DNA of 64,000 nucleotides from Eledone cirrhosa (lineage: Eukaryota): positions 190,402,001-190,466,000 of the forward strand of contig OZ024741.1 in assembly GCA_964016885.1 (NCBI GenBank), read 5' to 3'. Within the stretch, counting starts at the first letter, position 1. Every line of letters begins with the position of its first letter. The notes beneath the pieces were generated by a model that did not search any database, had not been told where the DNA came from, and saw only the letters and a program-made list of their open reading frames with translations. The translations under genes were made by a program, and so were the position numbers. Shown here piece after piece: positions 52,908 through 64,000 of this stretch.

Positions 52908-53260
52908 TATATCATCATCATCATCATCATTTCATTTTACGTCCGCTTTTCCCTGCTTGCAAGAGTGGGACGGGAACTGATTCTGGCTTGATTTCTACAG
53001 CTGGATGCCCTTCCTAACACCAACCTCATTTATAGTGAGTGCTGGGTGCTTTTTTGCCGTGGCACCTCCACGACCACTTTTCAGTGGAATGATAGGGAAC
53101 CCAGTCCCTATCATCTCATTTCTACAGCTGAGTAAACTGGAGCAACGTGAAATAAAGTGTCTTGCTCAAGGAAACAACACATCACCCGGACTGAGAATTG
53201 AACTCACAACCTTTCGATTGCAAGGCCAATGCTCTAACCACTAAGCCATGTGCCTCCATA
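52908..53260 (-). mobile_element. CORE-type SINE with RTE-like tail and a target site duplication of about 27 bp
   Basis: Same family as 33188; aataattgg(c/t)gaaggctcactatttca at 52879 and 53268; further copies at 54052-54362 and 54728-54876. Confidence 0.88.
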
Positions 53261-53883
53261 TACCTTTAATAATTGGTGAAGGCTCACTATTTCAAGAGCC
53301 AAATATACATAAATAGTAATCATAAAATTAGGTTAGTCTAGAACACAGTACTCCTTGACATTTACTGGTTGGTGTTCATATTAATCGTTTTGGTACCAAA
53401 CCCACCCCAAACCGGCTATCTAAATTAAAATTTTCCAACATAATTTGATAAGTGACTATCTGAGTCATGAAATAATCAATAATTTTAGTAAATCTCCTCA
53501 AATTTTTTATTAATTAATTCAAATACAGTGTATTTCATTAGAAATATGGTAATGAAAGGGTTCAGTCCCAAGTTAGCTCTAATTCAGTGGACTTATAAAA
53601 ATCTTCCAGCCATAATTGTGTTTCTGGTTAAGATGTGAGGAATGTGTTTTAGCTGTTAGTTCAAGCAGGTTGATTTGGTATCTAGTCTCCCTCATAGTGT
53701 TGTATAGAATGCAGGGAAGCCACAGGGACTATGCGTGAACATTAATTTGACCAACATGAGTCTAAATACCCAGGATAGGATGTTGAAGTTAGGAAGAAAC
53801 CAGAAGAAAATCTGCAACTATATATATATATATATATAATGATCATTTAAGCCCCCCCCCCCCCACCTGTTAGCAAGGATTGG

Positions 53884-53919
<36 letters not shown>

Positions 53920-54361
53920 AAAAGTAAACAGAAATAACCACACAATCAGTACAGTATATGGAAGGAATATATTAGTTTAACGCTTGAAATAGCAGGAAGA
54001 GGGTCTTAATGTTTCAGACGCTAAACACACGCATATATATATATATATATATCATCATCATTTTACGTCCGCTTTTCCCTGCTTGGGAACTGATTCTGGC
54101 TTGATTTCTACAGTTGGATGCCCTTCCTAACACCAACCTCATTAACAGTGAGTGCTTTTTTTCTGTGGCACCTACACGTCCACTTTACAGTGGAATAATA
54201 GGGACCCCAGTCCTATCATCTCATTTCTACAGCTGAGTAAACTGGAGCAACGTGAAATAAAGTGTCTTGCTCAAGGAAACAACGCATCACCCGGTCCGAG
54301 AATTGAACTCACAACCTTTCGATTGCAAGCCCCATGCTCTAACCACTAAGCCATATGCCTT

Positions 54362-54397
<36 letters not shown>

Positions 54398-54700
54398 CAA
54401 GATGGCGTAGGACAGAACAAAGGAGAGGCACAAAAGCAAAGAAAAGAATCCCCAGTCACTGAAGAGGTCACAGAATGTGTGACGAAAGAACTTTGACAAT
54501 ATATGAACAACTGTCCTGTTATGGAACCAACCAACCAACCAACCGGAAATTTATAAATTCTTAAATTTATAATAAATTGGAGTAAAAGCAACTGGTGCGT
54601 GTGTTTCTTATTGGCAACATGACCCTCCCAAAGCATAACAATATCGGTTTCAACACACGTTTTCAGATAAAGAATCTTGCTAAACAAATTCAGAAACGAA
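54398..54700 (+). mobile_element. Solo pLTR of the Naiad-like Penelope element, flanked by (TA)n
   Basis: Homologous to 15702-16010; shorter decayed pieces at 21335-21445 and 55585-55695. Confidence 0.8.
54455..54497 (+). ncRNA. Hammerhead motif in a solo Naiad-like pLTR (family D)
   Basis: gtca CTGAAGA g gtcaca gaatg tgtgac GAAA gaac TT tgac; extra G after A9, very short stem III. Confidence 0.65.
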
Positions 54701-54887
54701 ATATATATATATATATATATATATATATCATCATTTTCATTTTATGTCCGCTTTTCCCTGCTTGCAAGGGTGGGACGGGAACTGATCCTGGCTTGATTTC
54801 TACAGTTGGATGCCCTTCCTAACACCAACCTCATTTACAGTGAGTGCTGGGTGCTTTTTTCCGTGGCGCCTACACGTATATAAAATG

Positions 54888-54921
<34 letters not shown>

Positions 54922-55692
54922 GCACACACACACATATATATATACTCATTTAATATCTGTTTTCCTTGCTAGCAAAGTTGAACTATGTATTTATGCACAC
55001 ACACACATATATATATATATACATAGCACTATTTATATAGTTTGTAGTAGTAGCAGTTGTGTTATGGGTTAGAGGAGACTATAGCTACAAATTGTACTTC
55101 TCAGTTTTAAATTCAAACCAGTTTGCTGCCAATAAAAATAACAAAAGGGAGATTGAAAATATAGTAACTGATGGTCTCAATTGCTGAATGTTAAAGTATG
55201 GGTCATAGTAGGTGTGTGATTAAAGGTCATAAGGATAGAACCATGTAACCGCATAGCTATATTGCACTAGGTACTCAATACACTAGTTATGTCAGATTAG
55301 AGTACCATGAAAAGAACAAATATTTAAATATCATATACATATCTATGATGACAACTTCATCTTGTCTGATGATAGCCATCTCATTGTTTGATGCTCAATC
55401 AAATTGTATTCACTGTCATGCAACCAGGTTCTCTGAGATAACTCTTAAGAACTGTTGATGTTTGACAAGGTCTAGAGCAAAGATGACAGACAGAACTCTC
55501 TGATTCTCTGTATGACTGGTTGAGCTTGTTTGTGGAATGTCACTCTTCTGCATAAGTTTTTGCAGTTCAGGTTTGGATTTACACTTTGTTGCGTGTGTGT
55601 GTTTATTGGCAGCTTGATCCTCCCAAAGTGGAACAATATCTGTTTCAACACACGTTTTCAGATAAGAAATCTCGCAAAACAAATTCAAAAAC

Positions 55693-55776
<84 letters not shown>

Positions 55777-55792
55777 CGAGAGAGAGAGAGAG

Positions 55793-55829
<37 letters not shown>

Positions 55830-55982
55830 GGGAGAGAGAAAGATAGTTCGAGAGAGGGAGGAATGACATTGGAAAAAAAAGGGCGGGGTGTCTGAGAGAG
55901 CAGGGGGTAGTAATAAAACACCATCAACAGGTGTTATTGATTATGTTTAAAACAGATGGATGTGAAATGTTAGAAGAATTAC

Positions 55983-56063
55983 CATATTGTCTTTGGTGGC
56001 AGGAACATGTTGTTGTAGATCTCGAATAGAACCCATTAAAAATGGAATACGTTCATCAAGCAC
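55983..56063 (-). CDS. NCKAP1: NCKAP1/Hem internal exon (VLDERIPFLMGSIRDLQQHVPATKDNM)
   Basis: ttctgcag| acceptor, |gtaatt donor, 81 nt (phase 0 to 0); resembles human [21 protein letters not shown]. Confidence 0.92.
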
Positions 56064-56269
56064 CTGCAGAAATAAAATGGTGGATATCAGTTGTGAAAGA
56101 ACAGACAGGCAGACACACTTTAGTCGCTTAACACATTAGCAGACACATTACCCGCCAGAGAGTCATGGTGGTATAACTTGCACAACCATCAAGTGGGACA
56201 TCTGAAACCTTAGGTTCCAAATAATTCACCAGTAAGTCACAGATAAAGAACACTGTGTAATCCTTGGAG

Positions 56270-58085
56270 TAAAGATACGATCATTGACAAAATGTATGCT
56301 GATGGGCTAGGGCAAGATTTTGTTGATATTTTGAACATAATGGTGGATGAAATGAATAATGATAATGGAAAACCTATGGGTTTAAGATTTGTAGACAGAA
56401 AAAAGTTAAAAGAAACGACAGGTAAGGTAAACAGGGTCGTCTTATACCTTGAGGCAAAGAATTTTCAACAATGCAACATCATCATCAAAGTAGCTGCAAA
56501 TGTGGTGAAAAAATAGCTTGGTATCAAAACGAGGGAAAACAGATGAGAAAAGACAGAACCTTGGTGGAAGAAAAGGTTGAATGGTCATATCAAGGAAACA
56601 AGAAAAGATATCGGCAACCTTGAGTCTTTATTAAACAGGACATTAAAAACATAGATACTAAGGACACGGAAATACAACACTAAGGGAAAAGGACTAAATG
56701 TTATAATAGAGGAATTAAAGCAACGTATTATAGCCAAAAGTGCAAAAATTAAAAGATATGAGAGCAGAGTTAGCCAATATAGACAAAAACCAGATGTTAT
56801 TTGAACAGCTTTAAGTGAAAGAAAGAGGCAACAATGTTATTCCTGAGGTTGAATGGACCAACACATTATGGAGAGGGATATTGGAGCAGGGTGTTGAGCA
56901 ATATAGCTGGCCAGAGTGGATTGAGACTATTAAAAAGGGGGTTAATGGACAAGAACACCAACAACTTGGTTTGAGTATTTCAGTTGAAACCCTTAAAAAG
57001 CAAGCCAATAGATAAACCAACTGGAAATCATCAGGCCCAGATGGTGTGCAAGGATATTCAACTAAAAATATAATGTCTCTCCACCTGATACTGATAGCCA
57101 TGTTCAATGACTGCTTGGTGTTGGGTGAAGACCAAGACAAGGGAAATGACTTTACAAACTAAAGACCTATCACATATGTATCCTTGATGTGGAAATTGCT
57201 AACAAACATTAAATCTGAGGAAATCTACCTCCACATAAACAACTTATTGCCAGAGGAACAGAAAGAATGCTGAAAGAAGAGCTGTCTGAGCGTAATGAGC
57301 CAATGAAGATGGAGACAAAAGAACAGGGTATTTTCAAGAAAGAAGTAACAACAAAGAAGAACAACCTCAATGAAAAAGCCCTTCATAGCAACTTATTGAA
57401 GAAAACAGAATTCAGAGATCTGCAGACACGGGACGGGTTAAAGAAAGAGCACTTTAAGAAAGCTACAGAGAGAATGCTACTGGCTGCACAGGAGCAAGCC
57501 CTTAGAATGAAGTGGATGAAACATCCTATTGACAAGGAGGAAGCTAGCCTGCTCTGTAGGATCTGTAGAGAGAGGAAATTGTGGCTTACATCGTATCCAA
57601 GTGTAAACACCTAGTCTAGACTCATTATAAAAGATGGAGGAAAAGTGATCCACTGACATTTATGCAAACTAAATAATTTACATTCTGAGAATTCAGTGAT
57701 AGAAAATGATCAGGTGAAGGTGCTGTGGGATTTCAGGATGCAAACAGACAAAGAATTAGAACACAATAGATCTGACTTGGCGGTTTTAGACAAGGAAAAA
57801 AGATCTTGCTTGATTATAGACGTAGCTTGCCCCTTTGTCACAGGAGAGCAGGAAAGGGAGAAGGTTGGCTGGTGCTAGGATTTGGTGTGGGAACTGAAAA
57901 TAATTTGGAAATGTCATGAGATCAAAGTTGTCCCCATCATCATAGGAACACTGGGTACTATCTCAAAGAGCTTCCTTGATTAGTTAAAAAACATTAGCCC
58001 AGCCCCTTTTTTTGGAACACTCTGGAAGGCATGCCAGCTGGGAACAGCAAGGACCCTCCAATACATCTTGAACATCTGAGGCTGA
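56270..58085 (+). mobile_element. Decayed, internally deleted R4/Dong-like LINE with restriction-like endonuclease
   Basis: EPWWKKRL, NWKSSGPDGVQGY, MLLAAQEQAL, CRIC, ENDQVKVLWDFRMQTDKELEHNRSDL..LIIDVACPF, VVPIIIGTLG. Confidence 0.85.
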
Positions 58086-58206
58086 TCCACTAGGATATGA
58101 CTGGTACTTTATTATTTCATCAACTATAAAAAAGGTGAAAGGTTAATTTGACCTCAGCAGGATTTGAACTCCGAATGTAAAGGGAGATAATAATAAATGT
58201 ACTTAC

Positions 58207-58289
58207 ATCTTGTAATGCCTCCTGACACAAAGTATGAAAAGACAAGAGGACACCAACAATTGTCATACGCAATAATACACTGTCCACAT
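58207..58289 (-). CDS. NCKAP1: NCKAP1/Hem internal exon ((x)VDSVLLRMTIVGVLLSFHTLCQEALQD)
   Basis: ttacag| acceptor, |gtaagt donor, 83 nt (phase 1 to 0); resembles recalled human NCKAP1 [27 protein letters not shown]. Confidence 0.93.
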
Positions 58290-59824
58290 CTGTAACAAGG
58301 TAGAATATATACTGTAACATACTATTTATAATATAAAAGTGCATATACTATAACATACTGTATATACTGTAAGATACTCTACAGACAATAATACACTGAA
58401 AAACATTGGTAACAATAGCACACTGTCCATATCTATAAAAAAATATATACATGTAACATACAGTTTAGATGACATGAATATGTAATGTATTGGTGATAGA
58501 ATCTTGTAAATATGTATAAAATAGAATGAAGATGTAATATACTGTGTAAAGGATATAGATATGTAATGTAGTGTTGAGATAACATGGCTATGTGAGATGA
58601 CAGAATATGCATGTAACACAGTTTAGATAACATGGCTCTGTGAGATGACAAAATATATGCAAGCAGGGAAAAGCGGATGTAAAATGATGATGATGATGAT
58701 GATGATGAATACACAGCTTAGATATATGGCTATCTGATATAACAAAACATACATAAGTGTGAAGATAACATGGCTATACAGGGTGAGTGACAGAGGTTAT
58801 AACCTCATGATCTAACTTTACCATATTAATAAAGTAAACATAAAGTCTATCAGAGAAGAACAATAACGAAACTGTGAGAGTCAGTAATATCTGTGAATGT
58901 TTAAGTATATTACTATGTATAATAGTGTTTAAAGTGAGAGTGTGTCTAAGAGTATTAGTATGTATAATTTTGTGAGTGTGTGTGTAAGTGTATTAGTATT
59001 ATAATTGTGAGAGTGTGTGTTGTATGTATGTGTATTAGTCAATAGTATTTATAAATGTGTGTAAGTATATTAGTATGTATAATTGTGTGAGAGAGTGTGT
59101 AAATATATTAGTATGTATAATTGTATGGAGCTAGATGGATTTCCTCCTGAACTCTTTTGAAACCAACTTGCTTAAAGCTGCCCTTGGTTCTGTGATACAG
59201 AACTATTTGTTTTTGAAGTGTTTCTATCTAAAAACCTTCCAGAATAATTCTATGTCAGAAACGATTAAGTTACGATCCAAACACTGGCTTAATAATTAAC
59301 TACATCCTTCCAAATTCTTGATCGTTTTACAAATTATTTGAAACTGTAGGAAATGTCTTTCATGCGAATTATGGTAACAAAAGGGCTATGTGTCTTTACA
59401 AGTGACAGAATATGAACCTTGATCTTCTTCATTGGATGTTCAATAATCTATCAACTCTACAATCTACAACCTAAATTGTTTAACCCTTCGATACCATATA
59501 TTTAATGAAATATACAGCCTATATGTTTCAAATAATCTTGAAAATAATGATAAAAAGTTTTAAGAAATTTAATTTAAAAAAAATGAACATTTTCATTAGT
59601 AAGCCTTAATTTGAAACGTCACTTGAAAATTTCTTTTAAAATATAATGATGGAAGTTTTAAAAATAAATATGAATAATTTAAAATGAACAGTTTTGTATA
59701 ATAAAAGCAGGGCCAGTTTCATGTAAGTTTTTATCAAAAGAGTTAATAGACCAGCAGTATAATGGGTAGTTAGGTAATAAATATGACCACAAAGAATAGC
59801 TATTATTGATAGCATATAGAAAAA

Positions 59825-59999
59825 CAGTGTGTCAGTGATGTTGACTGACGGGGGAGACAGTGTATGTGTGAGATGTTGACTGATACAGTGACAGTGTGTA
59901 TGTGTGTGATGTTGACTGATGGGGGAGACAGTGTGTGTGTGAGATGTTGACTCATACAGTGACAGTCTGTATGTGTGTGATGTTGACTGATGGGGGAGA

Positions 60000-60033
<34 letters not shown>

Positions 60034-60055
60034 TGTTGACTGATGGGGAGAGACA
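59825..60055. repeat. Diverged tandem repeat of about 32 bp (gatgttgactgatgggggagacagtgtgtgt)
   Basis: About 6 copies of gatgttgact followed by gacag and TG runs. Confidence 0.85.
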
Positions 60056-61147
60056 GGGTGATACTTTTAGCAAGAATATGCCATAAGATTGTAAACAATT
60101 AATTATGCATAAACAACAAAATATATAAAAAAAAACTAATATTGTTAATCTAATTAGAATGTTAAGATAGATGTAGGATTGGAATTAGCTGATAAATCAG
60201 CAAACATTACTATATTGTTTCAACCTGATTGATTTATCAATGAATATTAATAAAAATAGAATATATGTAGGCATGTGATTGTACTTCCCCAGTTCTGTAT
60301 CAATGGCACCGTTTCAGAGAACGGGAAAACAATATTTATTCAATAACCAAAAAGATAAAATAAATAAATAAATAAAAATTATGTAAAAGTCAAACTAACA
60401 TAAAAGAAAACAATAATTTAAAGAAATTAATACATAAATAGATACATTTTTGTTTAAAAAAAAACAATAAGGAAAATAACGTACATAATTGTTGATGGTA
60501 TGTCAATTTTCCCCAGAATGGTTAGAGTATTTTGAAATAATAATAATAATTGTTTCTACTTTTGACACAAGGCCAGCAATTACCCAGTGCATTACTGGTA
60601 CTTTATTTTATCGACCCCGTAAGGATGAAAGGCAAAGTCAACCCCAATAATAATATTAATAATAATGATTTCTACTATTGGCACAAGGCCAGCAATTTGG
60701 GGGAGGGGAAAGTTGATCAAATCGACCCCAATGTATTACTGGTGCTTTATTTTATTGACCTCGTAAAGATGAAAGGCCAAGTTAACCCTGGCAGGATTTG
60801 AACTCAGATCAGATCGCAAAGGGCTGCAACACTCTACCGATACTGCCAAACCACTGCCCTTAATAATAATAATAATACAGAAGCATGTCTAAATGGTTGA
60901 TGGTGAAAACATTCAAGAGGTATACAGTGGATAAATTAACATAAAACAATAGTAGTAATGAAAGGGATAGAGAGATGATGATGTCTGAAGATGATGATGT
61001 CTGAAGATGATGATGTCTGAAGATGATGGAAAAAAGATACGTCAGAAAGTAGCAGAAGGGAACAGATATGTGACAAAAAGAAACAAACAACAATAATAGA
61101 TGAGATGTCTAAATGTGACGAAATGTCTACATTTACAACATTTTATA

Positions 61148-61191
<44 letters not shown>

Positions 61192-61400
61192 TATATATAT
61201 GTGTGTGTGTATGTGTGTTTGTTTATATATATATATATATGGGATAACAAATTATTGTTATAGGTAATCCAGTTAGAGGTTGTGAGTACTCTGTATTGTG
61301 GATAGTTTTAACGTACGCCATTGTTCGACTCAACAAAAGGTTTCCTTAGTTAGGTGGCGAGTTCCCGGGAATTCCTATGCAGGTTAATCTTGGAGTAATA

Positions 61401-61617
61401 ATAGTGAAAGAGTGAAGAATAACATGGTCAACAGTACAAAAAGGGTTTTATTTACAGTATTAACAATTGTTTCATTGATTAGGGTGTCTTAAGATTGAGT
61501 GGCACAACTTCAAGTGATTAGCAATCTTTAGACACCCTAATCAATGAAACAATTGTTAATACTGTAAATAAACCCTTTTTGTACTGTTGACCATGTTATT
61601 ATTCACTCTTTCACTAT
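61401..61617. repeat. Near-perfect palindrome, arms 97 bp, loop 24 nt
   Basis: 61401-61497 is the reverse complement of 61522-61617 with about 3 differences. Confidence 0.95.
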
Positions 61618-61642
61618 ATATATGTGTCTGTGAGTGAGTGTG

Positions 61643-61706
<64 letters not shown>

Positions 61707-62540
61707 TGTGAGTGTGTGTGTGTGTGGGGGAGATGACAACATGGAATAAGCACTATGACATGCCTTTAGGCTAAGCTTATTTTAAGAAATGTAGATAAAG
61801 ACAAAAAATAATAATCAATACAACACTATATAGAAAATAAACAAGGTGAGAAACAAGGAAAATAGACAAAACATACAAACAGAAATATATAGCAAATATG
61901 TTTATATACACATTTACAATCTCATACATACATAGTATGAATGATGCAGAGAAGGAAAAGAATATCTAAAATCATATTACACATTCTCTAAATATGAAAA
62001 ATTTTATATATATGCATCTATCTATTGTATATAGGAATTTCTGATGAGAAGTTTGAAAAGGGAGTTCAATGCAGAAGAAATGTCTCAAGGGACTTCATTT
62101 TTAATGTACCAAATTTTCAGTTATCTTGAATTTTACAGATGCATAGCTATACAATGCCTACTGAATGTATAGATATTTATATACATATAACCCATCCTAA
62201 TGTAATAAGATAAAAATACTTACAACCATAATTCTTCATATAATCTAATTGATTATATATACAATACTATAACTCATAATATAGGTAAATAAATCTTTTC
62301 CCCCAAATTAACATAAATGCTAGCCCTTCCTCCTTTCTCTTCTTTCCTACGCATACAATAACTTATAATTATTTAAATTTTAATAACGTTTTTTCAGCCT
62401 TTTTACATAAACCTTATTTGCATACTCATCTTAATAATTTGAAATATCTGACTTTTCTCTTCCCTTCACTTTCCAGGGATAACTTGAACCGTTAAGGTAT
62501 ATTATCCTTGGTTATGTCAAAATTTATAAAACACACTTCG

Positions 62541-62602
62541 TATTTTATCTGATGATAGCGTACCAACATTTTTGGTACCCTTGAAATATATATAATAGAA
62601 TA
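62541..62602 (+). ncRNA. Minimal type I hammerhead ribozyme (family A)
   Basis: tattttat CTGATGA tagc gtaccaa cattt ttggtac cctt GAAA tatata TA atagaata; same downstream flank (atggttttataaatatagtttccatttat) as the 4499 copy. Confidence 0.78.
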
Positions 62603-62669
62603 AATATGGTTTTATAAATATAGTTTCCATTTATTTAATATCATTGTGTAATAATAAAAAATGTTTTTA

Positions 62670-62840
62670 CATTTGGCACAAGTCCAGCAATTATCCTTGT
62701 GCATTACTGGTACTTTATTTTAACAACCACGTAAGGATGAAAGGCAAAGTTAACGTTGGCAGGATTTGAACTCAGACCGTAAAGGGCCAATACACTCAAT
62801 ACTGCAAAGCATGGCGTCCGACTCTCTACCGATACTGCCA
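62670..62840 (-). mobile_element. Meta-like tRNA SINE
   Basis: Same family as 20800; more copies at 51567-51675 and 60550-60860. Confidence 0.8.
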
Positions 62841-62859
62841 TACGGATCATCAATCAAAC

Positions 62860-63290
62860 TATATATGGTGGTGTCAAATCCAAGGACTGGTGCAGCAGTA
62901 TTCTCATAAATTGCTACAAAGGTAAAGGGGATGCTTTGGAGAGGAGCAATTATAGGAGTATAAAGCTGATGGATCAGGTTATGAAAGTGGCAGAGAGAAT
63001 ATTAGTGCAACTGATTAGAGAAAGGGTCAAACTAGATGAGATGCAGTTTGATTTAGTGCCTGGGAAAAGTACAACAGATGCCCTCTTCTTAGTGAGACAA
63101 CTACAAGAGAGGTTCTTAGAGAAGAATAAGCCACTATACTTAGCTTTTGTTGACCTAGAGAAGGCTTTTAATAGAGTACCCCGATCTGTCATGTGGTGGT
63201 CCTTACGGAAACTAGGTGTAGAGGAATGGCTTGTGAGGACAGTGCAAGCTATGCACAGAGGTGCTGTCAGTAAAGTGAGAGTAGGAATGG
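62860..63290 (+). mobile_element. RTE LINE internal RT fragment
   Basis: YKGKGDALERSNYRSIKL, AFVDLEKAFNRVPR; related to 22527. Confidence 0.88.
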
Positions 63291-64000
63291 ATTGCCTCAA
63301 GCTCTGTGGTTAGTTTGATACTATGGGGTGACCACAGCTGGGAGCAATATTCCATTTGTATATGGCATCCAGATCTTGTAAAAGGGCAGAATCAGCTGGG
63401 TTTTTGATTGCTTGTGCTACCTATGTGTCATCAGCATAGCTAGTGAGGGATGTTGTATGTACTACAGAGAGCATGTCTGTGAGAGCCACCAAAAACAGTA
63501 GTGGTCCCAAGACTGTGCCCTGGGGCACCCCACTTGTTATTGATGTTTCCTTTGAGAGGGCTCCATTGGCTGCAACTGTCTGGCTTTTGTCTTTTAAGAA
63601 ATCCTGCAGCCACTCACCTACTTTTCCAGTTATGCTGAGTCTGAGTAGTTTGCGACATATCATTCTGTTGTCTACCTTGTCAAAGGCCTTCGCAAAGTAA
63701 AGATATATTATGTCCACATGTGAGCTGTCTAGCAGTTGTTTCAGTACCCAGTCATAGTGTTGTAGCAAGTGTGTAAGGCAGCTTTTTCCTGGGCGAAAGC
63801 CATGCTGCGTGCTAGTTAGGCGGTCATTTTCCTCAAGGAACGTGATCAGTTTCTTTCTGATGATTTGTTCCATGAACTTACTGACATGTGAGGTCAGGGA
63901 GACTGGCCTGTAGTTTTTGGCCTTCGTTCTGCTTCCTCCTTTATGGATAGGGCATATCGTGCCATCTTTTAGCTCTCTGGGTAGTTTACCGCTAGCCAAG
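63291..64000 (-). mobile_element. CR1-group LINE RT fragment, same family as 12372; runs off the window end
   Basis: NYRPVSLTS, QHGFRPGKSC, AKAFDKVD, SGVPQGTVLGPLLF, YADDT; internal deletion near 63352. Confidence 0.92.

Noticed and set aside
62035-62077. CTGATGA...GAAA hammerhead-like string
   Set aside because: No credible stem II and no UH cleavage site

Overview
Eukaryotic, AT-rich, microsatellite-dense genomic DNA. The SINE/LINE repertoire suggests an octopod cephalopod (inference, not verified). The only recognisable host gene is the 3' part of NCKAP1/Hem/Nap1 (WAVE complex subunit) on the minus strand: seven GT-AG exons from 58289 to the stop at 28630, with consistent phases; its 5' exons were not found and probably lie beyond the window. 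The rest is mostly mobile DNA: a decayed 5.7 kb Helitron with both termini, RTE, CR1-like and R4/Dong-like LINE fragments, a Penelope-like (Naiad-like) GIY-YIG fragment, tRNA-derived SINEs, MITEs and several minisatellites (one with a 24-mer higher-order duplication). The ORF track does not show the most striking layer: about eleven minimal type I hammerhead ribozyme motifs from roughly six sequence families. One family shows compensatory stem changes, and one motif has a U3-A8 core variant. There are also long hairpins centred on hammerhead remnants, a 633-bp unit bounded by direct repeats, and an HDV-like ribozyme candidate. All calls were read by eye; no searches or folding programs were run, and repeat boundaries are approximate.
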